A stretch of 64,000 nucleotides of DNA from Planctomycetia bacterium (lineage in GTDB: Bacteria; Planctomycetota; Phycisphaerae; UBA1845; UTPLA1): assembly GCA_015075745.1 (NCBI GenBank), contig JABTTW010000002.1, forward strand, positions 446,453-510,452. Reading direction: 5' to 3'. The translations under genes and the position numbers were made by a program. Positions within the stretch are counted from its first letter, which is position 1, and the number at the start of each line of letters is the position of its first letter. A model generated the notes under the pieces. It had not been told where the DNA came from, did not search any database, and was given only the letters and a program-made list of their open reading frames with translations. Positions 1-9,245 of the stretch are shown piece by piece.

Positions 1-278
1 TCGTCATCGTAAACGTAGGTGTAACCGAGTTCGACCTGCGCTCGGCCGCGCGGAACCGTCAGCGTCGACTCCGTGAAGTCCGGACGGTCCGTCACCATCG
101 GCTCATCGATCGGGTCCGCTTCCAGCCCCAGGAAGTTGACCACCGGCTCATCCGCGGGCTGCGTCGTGGCATCCTCCGCCGAAGCGACCGAACCCAGCAG
201 CATCGCAAACCCGGCAATCATCAACCGCAAGGAACCGCCGCGACGAGACTCAAGATTGCATTCGCCATAATGTTCCAT
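1..278 (-). CDS. Outer-membrane beta-barrel transporter-family protein (MetA-pathway/phenol-degradation-like), N-terminal fragment; gene continues past window start
   Basis: Hand translation of the minus strand from ATG at 278 gives MEHYGECNLESRRGGSLRLMIAGFAMLLGSVASAEDATTQPADEP...VTDRPDFTESTLTVPRGRAQVELGYTYVYDD. This is a signal peptide followed by the DRPDFTES...Q.E.GY motif typical of this family. It is absent from the ORF track because the window edge truncates it. Confidence 0.4.
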   Translation of the reverse strand, partial: MEHYGECNLESRRGGSLRLMIAGFAMLLGSVASAEDATTQPADEPVVNFLGLEADPIDEPMVTDRPDFTESTLTVPRGRAQVELGYTYVYDD

Positions 279-444
279 ATACACGAAGTTGTAGCTTATG
301 GTACATTAAAGGACCCCGTCAAGGGTTTTTTTTTTTGACGCTTCGCCCCATCAATCCCCCGTCTTGTCCCCGTGTTGACAGCCCTTATAGTCCACCGCGA
401 GCCAGACCCGATCGCGACACTTTTCCTGTTCAGGCGCGCCCCCG

Positions 445-1887
445 ATGACCGACCAAACCGCCATCCCGACTTTGGACGACGCCCAGGAACGCACCGACCC
501 CTATGCCCACACCCTCCTGGGAAAGTTCGATCGCCGCTTCCTCTCCAAGAAAATCGCCCGTCCGATCGTGGGCGTTGTTCTGCTCATCATCCTGATCGTC
601 CCCAGCATCCAGTTCGTCCACACCATCCAGAAGATCGACGACAGCCCCTTTCGAACAGGCGGCATCCGACATCGAACCGCCCTCGGCCGCTGGCTCCCCA
701 GCGCCGAAGCCCTCGCCGACTATCCGAAGGGCGACAACCCCTACGGCTACGGCCACTGGTTCCCCACGCCCCCGATGGTCCTCATCTGCCTGATCCCGCT
801 CGCCAAGATAGGTTTCGTCGGCGCCGGCATCGTCTGGTCCATCCTCAAGTTGCTCGGCCTCTTCGGCTCGATCTGCCTTCTCTTGCGCGAGTACGACCGC
901 CAGGCACGCCCCATCCCCACCGGCGTCCTCATCGTGGCCGCACTGTTCTCAATCCGCCCCATCATCTCCGACATCCAGCACGGCAACCTGAACATTTTCA
1001 TGATGATCTGGCTGACCCTCGCATGGACGTACTACCTTCGCAAGGCGGATATCGCCGCCGGCCTCTTCCTCGCCGCCGCCATCGTCACCAAGATCACCCC
1101 CGCCCTCGCCCTCGTCTATTTCCTCTACAAGAAAAACTGGAAGCTCTGCGCCGCCGCGCTCGTCTGCCTTGCCGTCTTCGTCCTGCTCATCCCCGGCCTG
1201 ATGCTCGGCTTCGAGAACAACACGGTCCTTCTGCGCACCTGGTTCGACATGCTGGTCCGCCCCTTCGCCATCGACGGCTACGCAACCCTCGAACTCCCCA
1301 ACCAGTCCCTCTACGGCGTCATCCTCCGCCTGATGGACAACACCGACTTCATCGCCATCCAGCACATGCCCGCCGAAGAGATGATAAACGTCGGCATGGA
1401 AGAAATGGCCCGCCCGAAGTCGCGCGCCTGGCGGCTCCTTCGCACGGCCATATCGCTCGTCGTCGTCGCCGTCCTCGCATGGTCGTGTCGTCGAAAGCAC
1501 TCCGATCGCTCCGACCCGATTCGTCTGCTCGAGTTCTCCGCCGTGCTGATCGCCATGCTGCTGCTTAGCGAGCGCACCTGGAAGCACCACGCCACGACGC
1601 TCCCGCTGGTCTATCTCGCCCTCTGGTACGCTGTCGCGTGTCTGCCATGGACCGACAAGTTTCGCGCCGCCCTCGTCGCCGGACTCGGGGCGCAACTCGT
1701 CCTGCTCTCACTCCTCGGAGAAGGATTCGTAGGTGACGACCTCGCCGACAAAATCCTCGACGGTGGCTTCTTCTGCTGGGGCCTTCTCCTCTGCCTCGTC
1801 CAGATCGTTATCATCCTCCGGCGCTTCCGCAATCCTCTGCAACCCACCGAACTATCGCCTTCACCACCTCCTAAGCCCGCCATATAG
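445..1887 (+). CDS. Polytopic membrane glycosyltransferase, GT87/DUF2029-like
   Basis: 480-aa ORF with many hydrophobic helices. Motifs DIQHGNLNIFMMIWL and VTKITPALALVYF resemble the HGQ.N / K..P blocks of GT87 mannosyltransferase-like proteins. Overlapping ORFs in other frames are Arg/Pro-rich shadows. Confidence 0.6.
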   Translation: MTDQTAIPTLDDAQERTDPYAHTLLGKFDRRFLSKKIARPIVGVVLLIILIVPSIQFVHTIQKIDDSPFRTGGIRHRTALGRWLPSAEALADYPKGDNPYGYGHWFPTPPMVLICLIPLAKIGFVGAGIVWSILKLLGLFGSICLLLREYDRQARPIPTGVLIVAALFSIRPIISDIQHGNLNIFMMIWLTLAWTYYLRKADIAAGLFLAAAIVTKITPALALVYFLYKKNWKLCAAALVCLAVFVLLIPGLMLGFENNTVLLRTWFDMLVRPFAIDGYATLELPNQSLYGVILRLMDNTDFIAIQHMPAEEMINVGMEEMARPKSRAWRLLRTAISLVVVAVLAWSCRRKHSDRSDPIRLLEFSAVLIAMLLLSERTWKHHATTLPLVYLALWYAVACLPWTDKFRAALVAGLGAQLVLLSLLGEGFVGDDLADKILDGGFFCWGLLLCLVQIVIILRRFRNPLQPTELSPSPPPKPAI

Positions 1888-2042
1888 GACGAATCTCTCG
1901 CGCTTTGAATCGGGCCCGCCGCCTGCAAATCGTCACGATCCGCATTCAATTCGGATTGGCATTTCGTTACAATGGGTCATGGAAGTGAGAACGCCGCGCC
2001 GCCTCTCACCAACGCTTGAGCACTCAACAGGAGCCGGGGGAA

Positions 2043-2273
2043 ATGGCTCGTTTCATCAAAGTCGCGCTCGCATGCTGCCTGCTCTTCGCCGCCGGCTGCG
2101 GTGCGTTTCAATTCTCCATCCCCGCCGGCGCCAACTTCGCCACCGCCGCCGGTCCGCCCCTGCCTCCCACCAGCAGCGACGTCAACGGCGGATTTCCCAT
2201 CTACCCCCAATTTCCCTCAGCGCCGAATCCGGTCGCAACCTTCTTTCCCGTTCTCTTCGGTCCCAACTTCTAA
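2043..2273 (+). CDS. Small putative lipoprotein
   Basis: An internal ATG at 2043 is preceded by AGGAG-like sequence at 2029-2033. The N-terminus MARFIKVALACCLLFAAGCG looks like a lipobox (LFAAGC). The remainder is Pro-rich. Confidence 0.4.
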   Translation: MARFIKVALACCLLFAAGCGAFQFSIPAGANFATAAGPPLPPTSSDVNGGFPIYPQFPSAPNPVATFFPVLFGPNF

Positions 2274-2378
2274 TCCCTACGTCGGCACAGGCCACGGCCG
2301 TCTCGCTTGACCCGCCTTCCGGGCGCGATACGCTATGGGCTGACCCGGCACCCACAGACTTCGCACGGAGGATTCACC

Positions 2379-3296
2379 ATGACCGAGCGCGTACGAGAAA
2401 TCCTGAGCTGGTATAAAAGCGACAATCCCGGCACCCTGACCAATATGGCCAGACTGCTCAACCACGGTCGCCTCGGCGGAACCGGCCGAATGGTGATCCT
2501 GCCCGTCGATCAGGGTTGGGAGCACGGCCCGGCGCGCAGCTTCGCCCCCAACGCCGAAGGTTACGACCCCCATTATCATTTCAAGATCGCCATCGAAGCC
2601 GGTCTCAGCGCCTATGCCGCGCCGCTCGGTTTCCTCGAAGCCGGCGCCGCCGACTTCGCCGGTGAAGTGCCGCTGATCCTCAAGGCAAACAATCACGACT
2701 CCCTCGCCGATGAAAAAGACTCCTGGCAGGCCCTCACCGCCTCGGTCAGGGATGCCGTTCGTCTCGGTTGTGTCGGCGTCGGCCTCACCATCTATCCCGG
2801 CTCGGCCCTGCGGCAGGAGATGTACGAGAACGTCCAGCACTACGCCGAAGAGGCCAAGGCGAACGGTCTCGTCGTCGTCATCTGGAGCTACCCCCGCGGC
2901 AGCAGCCTGAGCAAACAAGGCGAGACGGCCATCGACGTGGCCGGCTACGCGGCGCAGATCGCCTGCCAACTCGGCGCCCACATCGTCAAGGTTAAGTTGC
3001 CCACTGCCCACCTCGAACAGGACGCGGCCCGAAAAGTCTACGAGAAAGAGAAGATCGCCATCGGCACGCTCACCGAGCGCGTCAAGCACGTGACCCAGTG
3101 CTCTTTCGCCGGTCGCCGCATCGTCATCTTCAGTGGCGGCGCCAAGAACGACAACGACGCCGCGGTCTTCGACGAGTGCAAGGCGATCCGCGACGGCGGC
3201 GGCTTCGGCTCCATCATCGGCCGAAACACCTTCCAGCGCAAGCGAAACGACGCCCTCAAGTTCCTCGACGAGATCGTCAAGATCTACTCGAAGTAA
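2379..3296 (+). CDS. fbaB: Class I fructose-bisphosphate aldolase, DhnA/FbaB family
   Basis: Start taken at ATG 2379 with GGAG at 2367-2370. ILPVDQGWEHGP, LILKANNH, HIVKVKLP, FSGGAK and GRNTFQR match the conserved blocks of E. coli FbaB, including the Schiff-base lysine region. Confidence 0.85.
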   Translation: MTERVREILSWYKSDNPGTLTNMARLLNHGRLGGTGRMVILPVDQGWEHGPARSFAPNAEGYDPHYHFKIAIEAGLSAYAAPLGFLEAGAADFAGEVPLILKANNHDSLADEKDSWQALTASVRDAVRLGCVGVGLTIYPGSALRQEMYENVQHYAEEAKANGLVVVIWSYPRGSSLSKQGETAIDVAGYAAQIACQLGAHIVKVKLPTAHLEQDAARKVYEKEKIAIGTLTERVKHVTQCSFAGRRIVIFSGGAKNDNDAAVFDECKAIRDGGGFGSIIGRNTFQRKRNDALKFLDEIVKIYSK

Positions 3297-3340
3297 GTCC
3301 GCAAAACCGCCGCAAGACGATCAGCAACAAGCCCAAACCC

Positions 3341-3376
3341 AAGCCCACGGATGCCAATCCGTGGGCTTTTCTTATT
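3341..3376. terminator. Bidirectional Rho-independent terminator between convergent fbaB and the SGNH hydrolase gene
   Basis: Perfect 12-bp stem AAGCCCACGGAT / ATCCGTGGGCTT with loop GCCA, followed by TTTTCTTATTT. It is A-rich on the other side and lies between the stop at 3296 (+) and the stop at 3372 (-). Confidence 0.8.
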
Positions 3377-4466
3377 TCTGGGAAGTCAACTTGTCCGCCG
3401 CAAGCACGCGACCCACTTCCTCCGCGAGCATCGCATTACCCTCTTCCCGAAGGTGCCCGTCGCGCGGGAAATAGGGCTTCTCTCCGGCCGCAACGCGCTT
3501 CCTGAGGACCGGCAGCATGTCGATGCACTCGATCCCGTTCTTCCGGCACCAATCCGCCGTCATCGTGCAGAAGGTGTCCGCCGGCATGTCAACCGCATAC
3601 GAAATGATCTTAATCACCCGATCGTGATAGACGTACTCCTTCGCCGGTATCGCCACGACAATCAGTCTCGCCCCGATTTGATTGGCACGATTGCGAAGCT
3701 CGACAATCGCCTTTTCACTTTGCCGCCGACCCTCGTCAATGGTGGGGCTGCGCGTGTCCTGCTCCGCATAGGCGGCGCCATCGAACCGGTAACTCTCGCC
3801 GTCGATGTCGCAATCCGCGCTGCCCCCCAGCGGCGGTTGCCGCCAATCATCCGGCAGGCGATACGCATTCTGTCGAACCGCGTTGTAGATGGCGTCGGAC
3901 TGCGGATAATCGACCTGCCCTCCCAGCACCTGACGCTGGGCCCACCAAGCCTGAAAGCACGCCTCATCGAGCCAGTCATTCACGAACGTCGTAAAGATGA
4001 CCACCTTCGGATTCAGCGGCGCGCCGTACGTCTCAAAAATGCGCAGGGCCTGTGAAGGTGAGCCGCCCGACAGGCCCATGTTCACCACATCCATCTTCAG
4101 CGAGTTTTCCAGCAGCTCCGTCCACGCCTTCTCCAGCGCGACCTTGTGTCCAAACGTAAAGCTGTCCCCCACCGCCACGGCAAAAACCTCGCCGTTAATG
4201 CCGTCATCGCGAAAGCATCCTCCGCCGGGCTCGATCCTGACGGCCTTATAGCCAAACGGCCGTCCAAGCTCATTGGTGTCGGAAACGCTCACGTCGCAGC
4301 GGAGCATCTTCCCGATGATCGGATGCGCGATCCACGCGCCCTTGATCTGCCACTCAGCGGTCAGCGGGGTGTAGCCCCGGCGAAATGCGTCCTCGCCGCC
4401 GTGGTGCCACAGCCACGCAGCCGCCAAGAGTGCGACCGTCGAAAGCGCGAAAAGCAGCAGCGCCAT
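3372..4466 (-). CDS. SGNH/GDSL-family hydrolase with N-terminal membrane anchor
   Basis: The VAVGDSFTFG block (GDS catalytic Ser motif) follows a TM helix MALLLFALSTVALLAAAWLW. Start chosen at ATG 4466 because the upstream gene ends at 4516. A C-terminal DGHL block is consistent with the SGNH block V Asp/His. Confidence 0.65.
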   Translation of the reverse strand: MALLLFALSTVALLAAAWLWHHGGEDAFRRGYTPLTAEWQIKGAWIAHPIIGKMLRCDVSVSDTNELGRPFGYKAVRIEPGGGCFRDDGINGEVFAVAVGDSFTFGHKVALEKAWTELLENSLKMDVVNMGLSGGSPSQALRIFETYGAPLNPKVVIFTTFVNDWLDEACFQAWWAQRQVLGGQVDYPQSDAIYNAVRQNAYRLPDDWRQPPLGGSADCDIDGESYRFDGAAYAEQDTRSPTIDEGRRQSEKAIVELRNRANQIGARLIVVAIPAKEYVYHDRVIKIISYAVDMPADTFCTMTADWCRKNGIECIDMLPVLRKRVAAGEKPYFPRDGHLREEGNAMLAEEVGRVLAADKLTSQK

Positions 4467-4515
4467 CTTCGCGTAGAGCGGCGCTCGTTGAGACTTACCG
4501 GATTGTGCGGTGTCG

Positions 4516-6348
4516 TCAGTTTGCAAGGATCGGCTCGGTTCGTGCCATATACTCCCGCCAGTCGCGCCACGGCCTGCCGCGATGATACACGGTGCACAGA
4601 TTGCCGACCCGCTGCTGGCCCCCATAGTTCATACGAATCCACGCCTTCAGAGGCGCAAGTTCTCTGCCCTCGGCGTACTGGTGATCCGGATTCGGATCCT
4701 CCGCCAGCGAGAATCCCCCGGCGGGAACAAGCAGCTCCGGCTGGCCGTTCGACTGTTCACTCGGCGGCCCGACCCCCACGGGCGTCCAGTCGACAATCAC
4801 ATCCGGCGGATCGGCCTGAAGCCTGCGAATGATCTCCGGCATGGGCGGGTCGAGCAGGTAAATCCGGCCGCGAAAGATGTCAATCGCCTGGCACATCTCC
4901 AGCGGCGTCCGTCGATCGGCGTAGTAGCTGATCGTATGATCGGAAGGCCACAGCATGACCGACTGATCGCTCGTCGTCCGGGTCTCCAACACCTGGGTCA
5001 TCTCCCGCGTGTATCGACTCATCACCGCATACGCCTTTCGGGCGTCGCTATTGGAGTCCGACAGGAACTTGAAATGCTCGTTGAGTTGCAGCGCGCCGAC
5101 GACAAAGGCCACAAGCCCGACGGCCTTCGCAACGCGTACGGATGGCATCGGTCCGGCATCGCACAACCACGCGACGAGCACCGTCGCCGCCGGAAGCGAC
5201 TGAAGCAGATAGTGACCGTAGCCGTTGGGGGCAAACACAAAGATGAGCGTGACCGACACCGCGTACGCCGCGATGAGGGCCGGTCCCGCCGGCGCTGCGG
5301 CGACCGAGCCCTCGGAATCACCCCGCGGCTTGCCACGGTTCAACACGATGGCAAGACACGCCGCCAGCGCAGGCCCGAAGATCGCCAGCCCGAACATCAG
5401 ATGTCGGCCGACGTTGGCCCAGTGCTCGGGGTTGGCAAGCTGCGATCGCTCCGCCTCGACGCCGGACGCCCGATGAAGATCGTGCAGCAACACCTGCCGC
5501 ACAAATGCGTCCAGCGAACCGTGCAGCCCAAGCCAGAAGGTCGTGGCGATCCACGGGACCAGCGCACCCGCCAGAAAAAACGCCGCGCCGCGTTTTCGAT
5601 CGGCGCGACGATCTATCGCAATGCCGCGTACGCCGCAGACGATCGCAATCAGCAGCAAGAGAAACAGCAGCACGGCCGTCTGCTTGAAGTGAAAGGCAAC
5701 TCCGCAGCACATGCCCGCAACGACAAATCGCCCTGTCGCCATCGGCATATCTGGTTTGCCGACGTCGCGATGCTCCCCATCCTTTGCTGTCGGAATCGAA
5801 TGACTCGAAACGCCACTTGCGGGACCGCGCACCAGCAGAAGCAACGCGGCGAGTTCAAAAAAGGCGACGAACTTCTCAAGATTGTCCCCCCAATCGGCGA
5901 GGATTCGATGATTCAGCAGGACGCTGAGCAGGCAAACGAGCCACATTGCCGTGCCTCGCGATGCAAATCGCCGGGCCAGGCAAAAAGTGAGGATGCACAC
6001 CGCCGCCGTCACAACCGCATCCAGCCACAACAGCGCCCGATCGCCGCCGCCGAAAAGCCACTCGACGACCGCAAAGGTCCAGAAGATCCCCGGCGGCTTG
6101 CTCTCCCACAGATCGCGATACAGGGCCGCGCCGTCGAGCATCCGCCCCGCGAAATAGGCCCATATGCCGGTGTCGGTCTGCAGAGGAATGGTTCCCCAGA
6201 CCGTCCGCGACCAGATCAGATGCCCCAGCGCGGCCAAGACCAATATGACAGACAGTAATCCAGCCCGATCAGCATCAGGTGACCGAAGCGGCTCACTTCC
6301 CGCCTGCGAACTGACGTTTTGCGAGGGCTCCTCGGTCATGGGAGGCAT
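4516..6348 (-). CDS. ArnT/PMT-like (GT39/GT83-type) polytopic membrane glycosyltransferase
   Basis: About 610 aa with at least 10 predicted helices. The N-terminal block WAYFAGRMLDGAALYRDLWESKPPGIFW is typical of dolichyl/undecaprenyl-phosphate-sugar dependent GT-C enzymes. The C-terminal soluble domain is about 200 aa. ATG at 6348 is preferred over the TTG at 6360. Confidence 0.6.
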   Translation of the reverse strand: MPPMTEEPSQNVSSQAGSEPLRSPDADRAGLLSVILVLAALGHLIWSRTVWGTIPLQTDTGIWAYFAGRMLDGAALYRDLWESKPPGIFWTFAVVEWLFGGGDRALLWLDAVVTAAVCILTFCLARRFASRGTAMWLVCLLSVLLNHRILADWGDNLEKFVAFFELAALLLLVRGPASGVSSHSIPTAKDGEHRDVGKPDMPMATGRFVVAGMCCGVAFHFKQTAVLLFLLLLIAIVCGVRGIAIDRRADRKRGAAFFLAGALVPWIATTFWLGLHGSLDAFVRQVLLHDLHRASGVEAERSQLANPEHWANVGRHLMFGLAIFGPALAACLAIVLNRGKPRGDSEGSVAAAPAGPALIAAYAVSVTLIFVFAPNGYGHYLLQSLPAATVLVAWLCDAGPMPSVRVAKAVGLVAFVVGALQLNEHFKFLSDSNSDARKAYAVMSRYTREMTQVLETRTTSDQSVMLWPSDHTISYYADRRTPLEMCQAIDIFRGRIYLLDPPMPEIIRRLQADPPDVIVDWTPVGVGPPSEQSNGQPELLVPAGGFSLAEDPNPDHQYAEGRELAPLKAWIRMNYGGQQRVGNLCTVYHRGRPWRDWREYMARTEPILAN

Positions 6349-6546
6349 TGTATCTGCCAAACCGGCATTGACAGCCGGGAATCCCGGGCGGCGTGGAAGT
6401 AAAAAAATCAGTTAGAAAAATAATCTCCGTCGCCTCGCTAATACCCTTGTAAGAAGATTCTCCGTTTCTCGGCGCGGCATCGACTGCGCTCGGAGGGGTC
6501 TTTGTTCATTCTCAGTTTTTTCGACACATTCAATGGAGGACATGTC

Positions 6547-8445
6547 ATGATTCGATCACGCAAGACGCTGCTTGCCGTCGCCGCCCTTTTTCCATTTCTC
6601 GTCCCCCATCTCAGCCTTGCCCAATCGAGTAACGAACCCGCCCTCTACAAGGCCTTCTACCTCGAAAAGCAGGCCCGCGACTTTGCCGCCGCCCAGGCGC
6701 TTTACCGCGAAGTGCTGGGACATCGCCCGCCCGAGGAGGTCCGGCGAGTGGCACAGGCCGGCGCCGAACGATGCCGCGACGGCCTCGCCGCCGAAAACTT
6801 CGCCGGCCTCATGCCCGCCGACGCCATCGGCTACATTGAGCTGAATCGCCCCGGTCAACTCATCGAAAAAGTCGCGGGCATGATCGGCCTCACCACCGAT
6901 GACATGCGCGGCGTCCTCGCCGGCAGGCCCAGCAAAAACTCCACCTCAATGGCCTACGTGCCGAGCCAGATGGTCATCAGCCCGGCCCTCTTCGAGCATC
7001 TTGCCGCGTTCGGTGGTGTGGCCGCCGCCGTCACCGACTTCGACCCCGAGGGCGATTCACCGCCCTCCGGCGTGATCGTCCTGCACCATGGCGACGCCGC
7101 AGGCCTCAAGGGCATCCTCGAAACTGCCTTCCAATTCGCCCCCCTCGCCGAAAAGCTCGGCGACCTGCCGACCTTCGGCACAAACCTCCCCGAAGTCGGA
7201 CAAGTCACCGGTGTCCTGACCGAGTCGCTTCTCATCGTCGGCACCGGCAGAGAACTGGTGCAGGCCGCTGTCGAACGACTCATCGGCGAGCGATCCGACA
7301 GCCTCGCCTCACGGCCCGATCTCGCCGAACTCGCAAGCCAGAGAAAGGGCGCGACCCTCTTCGCCTACTGCGACCTCCAGGGCTTGATCCAGCGTGCCAC
7401 CAAGAAAATGTCCGAGCACGACCGCAGCGAAATGAAAGTCGTGGATGGTCTCGTCGATCTCGACAGCCTCCGCTGGGCCGCCTTTTCCCTGGGGATTCAG
7501 GACAACATCTTCGGCGTGCAATTCGCCGTGCGCCTCGCCGACGATCACCGCTGCATCGCGTACAATCTGATGCGCCTCCCGCCGATGACGCGCGACTGCC
7601 TCAAAAACGTCCCCACCGACGCCGCCGGCGTCTTCGGAATGGGTCTCAATCCCGCGCTCACCTACGCCGCCGCAGACGCCGCCCAGAAGCACGGCGAAGA
7701 TCGGGTCATCACCGGCTTCGACATCTTCCGCGAGTTCTTCGGCAACATCCGCGAGGTCTGCGGATTCGTCGTCCCCGGCGAAATGAAGAATGACGTCCCC
7801 AACGCCTGCATCCTGATGTCAGTCAACGACGTCGCCAAGTCGCGGGCCCTCTGGGATCAGTTCCTCAGCCTTCCCGGCCTCGTCGAGGGCAACGAGCCGA
7901 TCGAGCCGCGGTCCATGAAGATCGGCAGCACCCCGGTCACCGCCTACGCCATTCCCGAACTCGGCAGAATCTACGTATCTGAGCTCGACGGCTGCATCGC
8001 CATCGGCCTGACGCGTAGCGCCATCCGCGATGCGATTCAGGCCCACGAAAAGGGCAAGTCTCTGCTCGACGACCCAATGCTGTCCAAGGCCTTTGAGGCC
8101 CTTCCCCGCGATACCAGCATCATGGCCATCGCACACATCGGCCGACTCGCGAAAGTAGCGGCCGGCCACGCCGACAGCCCGGGCGAATCAATGCAGGCCA
8201 ACATGGCCGGCGAACTCTGCGCCAACACCATCGCCGCATTCGCCCTTGGTCAGGCCCACAACCAGATGACGATTCGCCTGTCGCTCGGCGGACTTCCCAA
8301 CATAAACGACGTGATGGAAAAGTTCGGCCCGATGATCAACGCGTTTATCCCCGCCGCCCCCGCGCACCGCCACGACAACGAAGAGCGCGTCGTGAAAAAG
8401 GAAAAGAAGCGCCGCCAACCCGTCGAGCGGCAGGAGCGACCATAA
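6547..8445 (+). CDS. Secreted hypothetical protein
   Basis: ATG 6547 follows GGAGGA at 6535-6540. The signal peptide MIRSRKTLLAVAALFPFLVPHLSLAQ is followed by a long Ala/Leu-rich coding ORF with no recognisable catalytic motif. Confidence 0.6.
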   Translation: MIRSRKTLLAVAALFPFLVPHLSLAQSSNEPALYKAFYLEKQARDFAAAQALYREVLGHRPPEEVRRVAQAGAERCRDGLAAENFAGLMPADAIGYIELNRPGQLIEKVAGMIGLTTDDMRGVLAGRPSKNSTSMAYVPSQMVISPALFEHLAAFGGVAAAVTDFDPEGDSPPSGVIVLHHGDAAGLKGILETAFQFAPLAEKLGDLPTFGTNLPEVGQVTGVLTESLLIVGTGRELVQAAVERLIGERSDSLASRPDLAELASQRKGATLFAYCDLQGLIQRATKKMSEHDRSEMKVVDGLVDLDSLRWAAFSLGIQDNIFGVQFAVRLADDHRCIAYNLMRLPPMTRDCLKNVPTDAAGVFGMGLNPALTYAAADAAQKHGEDRVITGFDIFREFFGNIREVCGFVVPGEMKNDVPNACILMSVNDVAKSRALWDQFLSLPGLVEGNEPIEPRSMKIGSTPVTAYAIPELGRIYVSELDGCIAIGLTRSAIRDAIQAHEKGKSLLDDPMLSKAFEALPRDTSIMAIAHIGRLAKVAAGHADSPGESMQANMAGELCANTIAAFALGQAHNQMTIRLSLGGLPNINDVMEKFGPMINAFIPAAPAHRHDNEERVVKKEKKRRQPVERQERP

Positions 8446-8541
8446 CTACGCGGGTGAAGTCATCGGCAGACGGTGACATCGCGTGCGTGAATTCGATTTC
8501 CGCCGCGAGATTCGGGGCCTTCGCCCCATCCGTCCGATGCG

Positions 8542-8754
8542 TCACCACATCGGATAAATAAACGGCGCCGCCCCGGTGCCGCCCAGCAGAATCAAAGCGC
8601 CGATGGCCAGAAACGCAAGCAGGATCGGCAGCAGCCACCACTTCTTGTTGTGCCTGAGGAAGTCGAAGAACTCGGCCACGAGGCCGGTCCGTGTCTCTGC
8701 GCCTGCGCGGGCAAACTCATCGTGATCGCCGGGATTATTCTTGTCTGCATGCAT
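8542..8754 (-). CDS. DUF5989-family small membrane protein
   Basis: 70-aa ORF. LVAEFFDFLRHNKKWWLLPILLAFLAIGALILLGG is the hallmark of the small protein found downstream of SxtJ and carbamoyltransferase genes. Confidence 0.7.
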   Translation of the reverse strand: MHADKNNPGDHDEFARAGAETRTGLVAEFFDFLRHNKKWWLLPILLAFLAIGALILLGGTGAAPFIYPMW

Positions 8755-8773
8755 GGCGAGTTGATCCTCAATT

Positions 8774-9220
8774 TCAGAACTGTCGGTAATAGCGCCGAAT
8801 ATCGGCCGGCGGCGTACGCCTGATCCAGTAGCTCTGCGCCGCCGGATCGAACTTTCGCCGCATCGGGTCCCTGCCTAAGAGTCTCATCGCGACGCCGATC
8901 GGCGTGATCACCAGAAAGTACATTATCAGCATGACGGCGAAGGACACAACCAACCCGATCGGGTAGCCCACCGCGGTGAGAAAAAGATAAACGGGAAGCA
9001 GCGCCTGGGGCATGATCATCGCAAAGACCCCGCAATAGCCGGCAAGCCCCAGCAGGATATTCCGCGTCATCGGAACCGCGCTCTCCGCAATCGGGAAAAT
9101 GACGATCTTGTGCTTCCACTCGACAATGCCCGCCACCACGGCGAACGCAAAGAGGCCGATCAGCCCGAAGCTGCGCAGCAACTTGGCCGACGGCTTCCAG
9201 TCGATGTCGATCAACGCCAT
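8774..9220 (-). CDS. SxtJ-family membrane protein
   Basis: ATG 9220 has GGAG 6 nt upstream. MALIDIDWKPSAKLLRSFGLIGLFAFAV plus 3-4 TM helices match the SxtJ family. It sits between the carbamoyltransferase and DUF5989 genes. Confidence 0.65.
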   Translation of the reverse strand: MALIDIDWKPSAKLLRSFGLIGLFAFAVVAGIVEWKHKIVIFPIAESAVPMTRNILLGLAGYCGVFAMIMPQALLPVYLFLTAVGYPIGLVVSFAVMLIMYFLVITPIGVAMRLLGRDPMRRKFDPAAQSYWIRRTPPADIRRYYRQF

Positions 9221-9245
9221 GACAAACTCCAACCCGGCCCGCCGC

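Noticed and set aside
300-350. T11 run preceded by a short stem (ACCC...GGGT) as a terminator.
   Set aside because: The stem is only 4 bp, and the site lies in a divergent promoter region with no gene ending toward it. It is more likely just an AT-rich promoter spacer.
372-1568. 398-aa ORF overlapping the GT87-like gene in another frame. The same applies to similar long shadow ORFs, for example 4510-6258, 9693-10739, 16153-17352, 17342-18370, 26905-27699, 45055-46197 and 47846-48862.
   Set aside because: Their composition is extremely Arg/Pro/His/Gly-rich with no motifs. They fully overlap ORFs that have clear family signatures. These are typical alternative-frame or antisense artefacts of GC-rich DNA.
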